Part shown: positions 50,053 through 58,423 of the stretch, one piece after another
Numbering within the stretch: position 1 is the stretch's first letter
How the letters are laid out: every line of letters starts with the position of its first letter
Assembly (NCBI GenBank): GCA_030018355.1
Contig: JASEFN010000005.1
Span: forward strand, 3,712-67,711
Reading direction: 5' to 3'
Source of the DNA: Caldisericia bacterium
GTDB lineage: Bacteria; Caldisericota; Caldisericia; B22-G15
Length of the DNA stretch: 64,000 bases
Position numbers and translations under genes: made by a program
Notes under the pieces: generated by a model
What the model was told of the DNA's origin: nothing
The model's database searches: none
What the model saw: the letters and a program-made list of their open reading frames with translations, nothing else

Positions 50053-51015
50053 TTAACCTCCTCTTCCTAATAAAACTTTGTTATACCATTCAATTAATTT
50101 TTCAACTTTATTACCATATTGGATTATTGATTCATTTTCATATTTTAAACTTTCTTTTAAATTTGCTAACTCTATCTCAACTCTATGTTTAATATATCTT
50201 TTTTTAACTTCTTCCTTGAAAAAATTATAACCTTCAATTCTATCTAATATTTTAAATATATAAAACCCCTTTACTGTCGTGATTGGCTTTGATATTTCTC
50301 CAACCTTTAAATTAAAAATAATTTCATTAACTGGCCCAATATATTTAAAGATATCAAAGTAATCAGTTATTCCATTATTTTCTTTCTCATCAGAATATTC
50401 ACTAACAACTCTCTCAAAAGGAACACCATTTAAAATTTTTTCATATGCTTCATATATTCTTTTTTCTTTCTCTTTGTAATCTGGATCGCCTTTATCTGAT
50501 TTTATATAAATAACTTGAGCCTTTAATTTTATAAATTCAATTTTATTTTTATTATAATAATCTATTAATTCATTTTCTTTAATGTTTTTAACAATTTCAT
50601 TCATAATTTCATTTTCAATTAAAGAAACATAATATTTTCTAACCTTATCACTTTCTGTATATTCATCAAAACCCTCAATTTTAGTTGGTGCTGTATAACC
50701 TTTTTCAATTGCATATTTCATAATTAAAGAATCTCCGATGATTTCCTCAAGAACTTGCTTTTTTATTGTTACATATCTCTCTTGAAAAGTTGGTGAATAA
50801 ATATTTTCTAATCCAACATTTAATAAAATTCTATTTTCTAAATCCTCATATGTAATAATATCATTTCCTACTCTTGCTGCTATTTTAGATTCATTTTGCC
50901 ACCAACTGATAAATTTAAAATATGATAATAAAACAACTATTAAAATAATAATAAAAAAAATAAAATACCTTAAAATTTTTTTCTTTTTATACTTTATATC
51001 AAATCTCTTTTTCAT
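50053..51015 (-). CDS. PrsA/SurA-like foldase (N-terminal TM, SurA_N, degenerate parvulin)
   Basis: AARVGNDIIT, FERVVSEYSD, LKVGEISKPITTVKGFYIFK. Confidence 0.75.
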   Translation of the reverse strand: MKKRFDIKYKKKKILRYFIFFIIILIVVLLSYFKFISWWQNESKIAARVGNDIITYEDLENRILLNVGLENIYSPTFQERYVTIKKQVLEEIIGDSLIMKYAIEKGYTAPTKIEGFDEYTESDKVRKYYVSLIENEIMNEIVKNIKENELIDYYNKNKIEFIKLKAQVIYIKSDKGDPDYKEKEKRIYEAYEKILNGVPFERVVSEYSDEKENNGITDYFDIFKYIGPVNEIIFNLKVGEISKPITTVKGFYIFKILDRIEGYNFFKEEVKKRYIKHRVEIELANLKESLKYENESIIQYGNKVEKLIEWYNKVLLGRGG

Positions 51016-51021
51016 CTATAT

Positions 51022-51108
51022 TGGTGCGAAGGGCGGGACTCGAACCCGCATGGGCTAATGCCCACTGGATCCTAAGTCCAGTGCGTCTACCAATTCCGCC
51101 ACCCTCGC
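51022..51108 (-). tRNA. tRNA-Leu(TAG)
   Basis: CTGGA-CT-TAG-GA-TCCAG, long variable arm, CCA. Confidence 0.95.
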
Positions 51109-51115
51109 AAAATTT

Positions 51116-51191
51116 TGGTGGGTCGTACAGGACTCGAACCTGTAACACCCTGATTAAGAGTCAGGTGCTCTACCATTTGAGCTAACGACCC
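51116..51191 (-). tRNA. tRNA-Lys(CTT)
   Basis: CCTGA-CT-CTT-AA-TCAGG, CCA. Confidence 0.96.
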
Positions 51192-51219
51192 ACCATTGAT
51201 TTTCATCTTAACTTAACAT

Positions 51220-51296
51220 TGGTGCGCCTAGCAGGAATCGAACCTGCAACCTGCGGATTAGGACTCCGCTGCTCTATCCTTTTGAGCTATAGGCGC
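51220..51296 (-). tRNA. tRNA-Arg(CCT)
   Basis: GCGGA-GT-CCT-AA-TCCGC, A20, CCA. Confidence 0.94.
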
Positions 51297-51300
51297 TAAA

Positions 51301-51378
51301 TGGGGTGGACGACGAGACTCGAACTCGCAACCATCGGATCCACAGTCCGACGCTCTAACCAATTGAGCTACGTCCACC
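51301..51378 (-). tRNA. tRNA-His(GTG)
   Basis: Encoded G-1, C73, TCGGA-CT-GTG-GA-TCCGA. Confidence 0.96.
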
Positions 51379-51379
51379 A

Positions 51380-51456
<77 letters not shown>

Positions 51457-51461
51457 AAAAA

Positions 51462-51539
51462 TGGTCGGGGCGAGAGGATTCGAACCTCCAACCTCATGTA
51501 CCCAAAACATGCGCGCTAGCCAAATTGCGCCACGCCCCG
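51462..51539 (-). tRNA. tRNA-Pro(TGG)
   Basis: C1-G72, CATGT-TT-TGG-GT-ACATG, CCA. Confidence 0.95.
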
Positions 51540-51552
51540 ACATCAAATAAAA

Positions 51553-51580
51553 AGTATATTAGAAATTTAAAAAAATTCAA
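51553..51580 (-). promoter_or_regulatory. Putative promoter of the six-tRNA cluster
   Basis: TTGAAT-N16-TATACT. Confidence 0.6.
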
Positions 51581-51585
51581 GAGGG

Positions 51586-52260
51586 TTATTTAATAAAAAG
51601 TGATAATATAAATGCAATAATTAATGCAGGAAGAAAATTTGATAATTTTATTTTTTTCAAACCTAATAAATTTAAACCAATACCAATAATTAATACACCA
51701 CCAACACCAGTAATCATATTTATTGTATGTTCTGTGAATAATCCTTTAATTAATGTTGATAGAAGAGTTATTCCTCCTTGATAAATTAATATTGGAAAAA
51801 TTGAAAACATTACTCCAATTCCTAAGGCAGATGAGAGGGCTATAGATGTTACTCCATCCAAAATTGATTTTGTATATAAAATTGTTGCATCCCCTGTCAA
51901 ACCTTCATTTATTGAACCAATTATAGCCATTGAACCTACACAAAAAACAAGTGTTGAAGTAATAAAACCTTCTGTAAATGGAGAATCTGTTTTAATTTTC
52001 GATTTTAATTTATCTCCTACTCCATTTAAAAATTCTTCAATTTTTAAAATTTCTCCTATTATGCCACCAAATAGAATAGAAAATACCATTATTATAATGT
52101 TATCTGTTTTTAATGCGAGCATAATTCCAAGTGTCAAAGAAGAAAGACCAACTCCATCAAAAGCAATTTTTTTAATTCTCTCTGGAAACCTTGAGCCAAT
52201 TAAAATTCCAATTAAACTACCTATAACTACTGTAAAAATGTTAAAAAAAGTGCCTTTCAT
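51586..52260 (-). CDS. DUF554 (YdfK-like) membrane protein
   Basis: GT..N...[23 protein letters not shown]; start ATG 52260. Confidence 0.88.
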   Translation of the reverse strand: MKGTFFNIFTVVIGSLIGILIGSRFPERIKKIAFDGVGLSSLTLGIMLALKTDNIIIMVFSILFGGIIGEILKIEEFLNGVGDKLKSKIKTDSPFTEGFITSTLVFCVGSMAIIGSINEGLTGDATILYTKSILDGVTSIALSSALGIGVMFSIFPILIYQGGITLLSTLIKGLFTEHTINMITGVGGVLIIGIGLNLLGLKKIKLSNFLPALIIAFILSLFIK

Positions 52261-52272
52261 TTTACACAACTA

Positions 52273-52302
52273 GAGAGGGAGAAATTAAACACTCTCCCTC
52301 TC
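52273..52302 (-). terminator. Hairpin enclosing the rpoC stop codon (terminator or stabiliser)
   Basis: GAGAGGGAGA/TCTCCCTCTC 10-bp stem with the stop in the 10-nt loop; no good U-tract. Confidence 0.4.
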
Positions 52303-55300
52303 CTCAATTAACTCTTTTTTCTCAACAATTTTTATTCCCTCATACTCTGAAAAACCTGTTCCCACTGGTATCATGCTACCAACAATAATGGCCTCTTTAA
52401 GTCCTTCTAATGTATCTATTTTACCGCTAATTGCGGCTTCAGCAAGAACTTTTGTTGTCTCTTGGAAAGAAGATGCAGATAAAAACGAATCTGCAGAAAG
52501 TGCAGCTTTTGTTAATCTTAAAAGCAATATTTTATATGTTGCTGGTGTTCTATTTTCAGCTTTTGCAACTCTATTTTCTTCCTCAACTTCACTTCTTTCA
52601 ACTTCTTGACCTGGATAAAATTTGGTATCACCTGGATTAATTATAATTGCTTTTCTTGTTAACTCTCTTAATATTATTTCTATGTGTTTATCATTTATAG
52701 AAACTCCCTGACTTTTATAAACCTTTTGAATTTCCTGTAATAGATATTGTTCTGTCTCTCTTAAACCCTTTATTTGGAATATTTTGTGTGGATCTAAAGG
52801 ACCTTCTGTTAATCTATCACCAATATTCACATAATCTCCATTTTGGACTCTTATTGATTTACCATATTGAACTATATAGACTGTTTCTTTTCCAATTAGT
52901 TTTTTAACTAATTCCTCTTTATCTAAACTTAAAATATCTTTAACTTTTTCAATTTTTGCTTCATTTAATGCTTCTAATATATCATCTTCGAGTTCCAATT
53001 CATACACTGAGGTATTTGGATCAACTGAAATGGAATTATTTAATTTTTCCATCAATCTTTCATATAAATTAATAGCAATTTCCCTGGTTCTTGGAGTAAT
53101 TATAATTTTTCTTGCATCTTCTTCGTCTTTTATAGTTACATAACCAGAAACATCAGAAATAATTGCACTTCCTTTTGGCTTTCTTACTTCAAAAAGCTCC
53201 TCAACTCTTGGTAAACCAGAAGTGATATCTTTTGCTGCGATACCACCAGTATGGAATGTTCTTAAAGTTAATTGAGTACCAGGTTCACCAATAGATTGAG
53301 ACGCGATGATACCAACAGCCTCACCTAAATTGACAAGTTTTCCAGTTGCAAGATCTCTACCATAACATTTTGCACAAACACCATTTGGAGCTGAACATGT
53401 TAATACTGACCTAATTTTAACCTTTTTAATACCATACTCCTTTATTTTATTAACTGCAACCTCATCTATTTCTTCTCCTTTTCTAACAATTAACTCTCTT
53501 TTAATAGGAACATTAACTAAAATTTCTTTTATGTTGTGTTTAATTAATTTATCAATTAATTCATCTGTAATCTTCTCGCCTTCTTTTGCTAAAACATGTA
53601 AATTTTCATCAACTATATCTTTTGCTACAAAACCTTCTTTTGGTCTCTCAATCTCAAGATTATATTTAACTAATTTCTCGGAAGGAGAATATATATCTTC
53701 AGCAGCATATCTTCCAAGAATTCTTTCTTCAAGAGTTTCAATGATTCTTTGACCTTCTCTAACTTCTTCTACTTCTATTCCATCTGTGAAATTTCTGATC
53801 CAAACTGTTCCAATATTTTTGCTTTCTATTTCAAGAGCTTTTTCTCTTGTTATCTCTTCATTTTCATGAACTATAACTTCACCTGTATCTGGATCAACTA
53901 CATCTTTTGCAGCTACTTTACCAACAATCTGTCTATATAAACTTTTTATAACTTTATCACCTATTATAATAGGTTTTACTGGAATAACTTCACAATCTTC
54001 ATATTTGATAAATACCTTATGAGCCACATCAGCAAGTCTTCTTGTTAAATAACCTGCGTCTGATGTTTTTAATGCTGTGTCTGCCAAACCTTTCCTTGAA
54101 CCATGCGTTGAAATAAAATATTCGAGTACAGATAGACCTTCTTTTAAGTTTGATTTGATTGGAAATTCAATAATTCTTCCTGAAGGATCAGACATAAGAC
54201 CTCTCATTCCAACCATCTGCAAAATTTGTTCGGGTTTACCTCTTGCACCTGAAATCGCCATTAAAAGAAGGAAATTAAATGGATCATATGTATTAAAAAT
54301 CTCATTTACTAATTCTTCTCCGGCTTTTAGCCAAACATCAATTGTTTTCTTATATCTTTCATTGTCTGACATTAAACCTTTTTCATAAAATTCTCTAAAT
54401 TTCCTCTCTTTTTCTTCTGCTTCTCTTATTATTTCGTCTCTTCTTTTTGGAATAACCATATCATCCATTCCAATGGTTAATCCTGAAAGTGTAACAATTT
54501 CAAAACCGAGTTTTTGAACTTCATCTAAAAGTTTTGCAGTTTTCTCAAATCCATATTTTTTAAATATTTGGAAGAATAAATCGTTTACCGTTTTTTGGTC
54601 AATAACCTTATCAAAAAATTCGAAATTCTCATCTTCGAGTGTTTCTTTAATTAAATTGTTAAAAATTACTCTACCAACCGTTGTATTATTAATCCACTTT
54701 TTATTCCAATAAAAATCAATAATTGTATGATATGTTACTTTTCCTTCATCTAATGCGGCATTTAAATCTTCTATTGTATAAAATTTTAAACCTTCTCCTT
54801 TTTCGCCTTTTTTCTCTTTAGTAAGATAAAAACATCCAGCAACAACATCTTGAACAGGTAATGTTATTGGTTTACCATGTGCTGGTGAAATTATATTATA
54901 TTTTGATAAAAGTAAATATTTTGCTTCAGTTTGTGCTGCAATTGATAAAGGAAGATGAACAGCCATCTGATCTCCATCAAAATCAGCATTATAAGGAGGA
55001 CAGACAAGCGGAGATATTTGAATCGCTTCACCATCGACTAAAATTGGCTTAAATGCTTGAATGCTCATTCTATGAAGAGTTGGTGCTCTATTTAAAAGTA
55101 CTACATAATCTTTAACTGTTTCTGCTAAAACTTTCCAAACTGGACTATTTTGATCTTTTACTGCCTGTTCAATCATCCATTTAGCGCTTCTTAAATTTAA
55201 AGCAATTCCTGTTTCTTCAAGATTATGCATTAAAAAAGGTTTAAATAATTCTAAAGCCATATTTCTTGGTAAACCACATTCATCCAATTTTAATTTAGGT

Positions 55301-56334
55301 CCTACAACAATAACGCTTCTTCCAGAATAATCAACTCTTTTACCAAGTAAATTTTGTCTAAATCTTCCTTGTTTTCCTCTTAAAATATCAGACAATGAAT
55401 GAAGTGGTCTATTGTGAGAACCTATGATTGGATGTATTTTATGAGTATTGTCTAATAATGCATCAACTGCTTCTTGGAGCATTCTTTTTTCATTTTGTAG
55501 CATTATTTCAGGAGCATTAACATCAATTAGTTTTTTCAATCTATTGTTTCTGTTTATAACTCTTCTATATAAATCATTTAAATCAACAGATGCAAATCTT
55601 CCTCCATCTAATGGTAAAAGAGGTCTTAAATCTGGAGGAATAACTGGCAAAACTGTCAACACCATATATTCGGGTTTATTACCAGATTTCAAGAATGCTT
55701 CAACATAATCAAGCCTTTTCATTGCTGAAGTTTTTTTCTGTTTTGTTGAAGATTTTTTAATCTCTTCTACTAATTCTTCTCTTAAACTTTCAAGATCAAG
55801 TGACTTTAGAAGTTCTAAAATTGCTTCTGCACCTCTTTTAGCAACAAAATTATATCCCCTTTCTTTATACTCTCTATATTCTTCCTCATTAATAACTTGT
55901 TTATATTTAAGAGGTGAATTTCCAGGATCTAAAACAACATATGAAGCATAATAAACTATTTTTTCAACATCATTTTTAGACATATCAAGAAGTACAGGAA
56001 TTATATTTGTTGATCTAAAATACCATATATGAACAACGGGTGACGCAAGATTAATATGACCAAACCTCTCTCTTCTTACTTTAGATGTTGTTATCTCAAC
56101 TCCACATCTTTCACAAACAAGCCCTCTATACCTTACTCCTTTTAGTTTTCCACAATGACATTCATAATCTTTAACTGGTCCAAATATCCTTTCGCAAAAA
56201 AGGCCGTCCATTTCAGGTCTAAAGTTTCTGTAATTAATAGTCTCGGCCTTTTTTACTTCACCATGTGACCAAGATAATATCTCTTCAGGTGATGCTAAAG
56301 ATATCTCAATGGCATTAAATTTCTTTTGAATCAA
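52285..56334 (-). CDS. rpoC: RNA polymerase beta' subunit
   Basis: N-terminal zinc finger, NADFDGD, LRTFHTGG; TTG start behind AGGAGG. Confidence 0.98.
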   Translation of the reverse strand: MIQKKFNAIEISLASPEEILSWSHGEVKKAETINYRNFRPEMDGLFCERIFGPVKDYECHCGKLKGVRYRGLVCERCGVEITTSKVRRERFGHINLASPVVHIWYFRSTNIIPVLLDMSKNDVEKIVYYASYVVLDPGNSPLKYKQVINEEEYREYKERGYNFVAKRGAEAILELLKSLDLESLREELVEEIKKSSTKQKKTSAMKRLDYVEAFLKSGNKPEYMVLTVLPVIPPDLRPLLPLDGGRFASVDLNDLYRRVINRNNRLKKLIDVNAPEIMLQNEKRMLQEAVDALLDNTHKIHPIIGSHNRPLHSLSDILRGKQGRFRQNLLGKRVDYSGRSVIVVGPKLKLDECGLPRNMALELFKPFLMHNLEETGIALNLRSAKWMIEQAVKDQNSPVWKVLAETVKDYVVLLNRAPTLHRMSIQAFKPILVDGEAIQISPLVCPPYNADFDGDQMAVHLPLSIAAQTEAKYLLLSKYNIISPAHGKPITLPVQDVVAGCFYLTKEKKGEKGEGLKFYTIEDLNAALDEGKVTYHTIIDFYWNKKWINNTTVGRVIFNNLIKETLEDENFEFFDKVIDQKTVNDLFFQIFKKYGFEKTAKLLDEVQKLGFEIVTLSGLTIGMDDMVIPKRRDEIIREAEEKERKFREFYEKGLMSDNERYKKTIDVWLKAGEELVNEIFNTYDPFNFLLLMAISGARGKPEQILQMVGMRGLMSDPSGRIIEFPIKSNLKEGLSVLEYFISTHGSRKGLADTALKTSDAGYLTRRLADVAHKVFIKYEDCEVIPVKPIIIGDKVIKSLYRQIVGKVAAKDVVDPDTGEVIVHENEEITREKALEIESKNIGTVWIRNFTDGIEVEEVREGQRIIETLEERILGRYAAEDIYSPSEKLVKYNLEIERPKEGFVAKDIVDENLHVLAKEGEKITDELIDKLIKHNIKEILVNVPIKRELIVRKGEEIDEVAVNKIKEYGIKKVKIRSVLTCSAPNGVCAKCYGRDLATGKLVNLGEAVGIIASQSIGEPGTQLTLRTFHTGGIAAKDITSGLPRVEELFEVRKPKGSAIISDVSGYVTIKDEEDARKIIITPRTREIAINLYERLMEKLNNSISVDPNTSVYELELEDDILEALNEAKIEKVKDILSLDKEELVKKLIGKETVYIVQYGKSIRVQNGDYVNIGDRLTEGPLDPHKIFQIKGLRETEQYLLQEIQKVYKSQGVSINDKHIEIILRELTRKAIIINPGDTKFYPGQEVERSEVEEENRVAKAENRTPATYKILLLRLTKAALSADSFLSASSFQETTKVLAEAAISGKIDTLEGLKEAIIVGSMIPVGTGFSEYEGIKIVEKKELIEERESV

Positions 56335-56347
56335 ATATATTCACCTC

Positions 56348-58423
56348 CTATGATTTTTCTAACTCTTCTTTTCTTTTTTTAATAATTTCTTCTGCTAATT
56401 TTTGAGGAACTTCGTCATATTTATAAAATTTCGCAGTAAAATATCCTCTTCCTTGAGTTATTGAAGCAAGATCCAATCCATAAGTAAGCATTTCTGATTC
56501 TGGAACAAGGGCTTTTACAATAGAAATTCCTTTATCAGAATTCATTCCTAAAATTTTTCCTCTTCTTGTATTTAAATCAGAAATTACATCTCCTAAGAAA
56601 TTTTCTGGAACTCTTATTTCAACTTCAAGTATTGGTTCAAGAAGTATTGGATTTGCCTCAACAAATGCTTTCTTAAATGCCATTGAAGCAGCTATTTTAA
56701 ATGCAAGTTCTGAAGAATCAACTGGATGATATGAACCATCATACAAAATTACTTGTACATCAACAACAGGATATCCTGCAATAATTCCTTCTTTCATCGT
56801 TTCCCTAATTCCCTTTTCAACTGCAGGAATATATTGTTTAGGTATTGCTCCTCCAAAAATTTTATCTATAAATTCAAACTCTTTTCCTCTTTCAAGTGGA
56901 TTAATTTCAATGAAACAGTGTCCGTATTGTCCATGACCTCCAGTTTGTTTCTTATATTTACCTTCTGCTTTAGCGGTCCCTTTTATTGTTTCTTTATATG
57001 CAATTTCAGGTTTCTTTAAGTTAACTTCAACTCCAAATTTTCTTGAGATTCTCTCAAGAATAACTTGAATATGAGTAGCTCCAGTACCCCTTATTATTAA
57101 CTGTTTTGTTATATCATTTCTCTCAACAATAAATGTTGGGTCTTCTTCAGCCATTTTAAATAATGCAGAGGTGAGTCTATCTTCGTCTTCTTTTCTTTTT
57201 GGTTCAACAGCATAAGAAATAATGGGATATGGAATTTCAAAATAATTGTATTTAACATTAAAACCAGATTGTGTTAAGGTATCACCAGTTGATGTAACAT
57301 TTAATTTTGTTATAACTCCTATATCTCCTGCTTTAATTTCTTGTGTTTTCTCTTGTGTCTTACCTATAATAAATCCAATAGATGAAACTCTTTCTTCTTG
57401 ATCTTTATTAACATTGTAAACTTTTGAATCAGCGGTAATTTTTCCTGTTATTACTTTTATATAATTTATTCTACCTACAAATGGATCAATGATAGTTTTA
57501 AAAATAATACCTGAAAATGGTAAATTCTCATCAAAATTTTTAACAACTGCTTCTTTTGTTTTTGTGTCATAACCAAATCTTTTTTCATCTAAATAAGGCT
57601 CTGGAAATTCATTTATTATGAAATCTAATATATCTTCAGTACCAATATCATTAATACTGGATGAAACAAGAATTGGAAATAGCATTCTATTTTTAACACC
57701 AATAAGAAGTCCTTTTTTAATCTCTTCTTCACTAAGAGTTCCATCAGTTAAATACTTATTTAAAAATTCTTCATCAACTTCAGCTATTTTTTCTATCAAC
57801 TCATTTTTGTAATTCTCAAATTCATTCTTTAATTCTTGAGGAATATCAACTTCTTTAAATGTGTCGCCATCAAAAATTTTACCCTTTTGGGTTATTATAT
57901 TTACAAAACCTTTGAAGTTTAAACCTTCTCCAATAGGAAGTAATATTGGTACTGCATCATTTCCAAAAAATTTTCTAATACTTGCAACTGCCTCTTTAAA
58001 ATTCGCATTTTCTCTATCCATTCTACTAATCACAAAGGCGGTTGGTAAATTTTCTTCTTTTACAAATTCCCAAACTCTCTCTGTCCCAACTTCAACATGA
58101 GATGTTGCATCCACAAGAATTAAACTTGCCTCAGATACAAGAAGTGCTCCTTTTACTTCAGATAGAAATTCTACATAACCCGGTGTATCAAGTATGTTAA
58201 TTTTATAACCTTTCCAATTGATTGGAATAACAGAAGTAGATAAACTTATATGTCTTTTTATTTCCTCAGGCTCAAAATCTGAAACTGTATTACCCTTATC
58301 AACACTTCCTTTTTTCTGAATAAATTTTGAAACATAAAGCATTGATTCAACTAAAGAAGTTTTTCCTGCGCCACTATGCGCAACTAAAGAAACATTTCTT
58401 ATTTTTGTTCTTTCTACTATCAT
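56348..58423 (-). CDS. fusA2: Elongation factor G-like protein (EF-G2 subtype)
   Basis: AHSGAGKT, RHISL, DTPGY, SRMD, EDPTF, KQTGGHGQYG, SYHPVDSSELAF. Confidence 0.92.
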   Translation of the reverse strand: MIVERTKIRNVSLVAHSGAGKTSLVESMLYVSKFIQKKGSVDKGNTVSDFEPEEIKRHISLSTSVIPINWKGYKINILDTPGYVEFLSEVKGALLVSEASLILVDATSHVEVGTERVWEFVKEENLPTAFVISRMDRENANFKEAVASIRKFFGNDAVPILLPIGEGLNFKGFVNIITQKGKIFDGDTFKEVDIPQELKNEFENYKNELIEKIAEVDEEFLNKYLTDGTLSEEEIKKGLLIGVKNRMLFPILVSSSINDIGTEDILDFIINEFPEPYLDEKRFGYDTKTKEAVVKNFDENLPFSGIIFKTIIDPFVGRINYIKVITGKITADSKVYNVNKDQEERVSSIGFIIGKTQEKTQEIKAGDIGVITKLNVTSTGDTLTQSGFNVKYNYFEIPYPIISYAVEPKRKEDEDRLTSALFKMAEEDPTFIVERNDITKQLIIRGTGATHIQVILERISRKFGVEVNLKKPEIAYKETIKGTAKAEGKYKKQTGGHGQYGHCFIEINPLERGKEFEFIDKIFGGAIPKQYIPAVEKGIRETMKEGIIAGYPVVDVQVILYDGSYHPVDSSELAFKIAASMAFKKAFVEANPILLEPILEVEIRVPENFLGDVISDLNTRRGKILGMNSDKGISIVKALVPESEMLTYGLDLASITQGRGYFTAKFYKYDEVPQKLAEEIIKKRKEELEKS

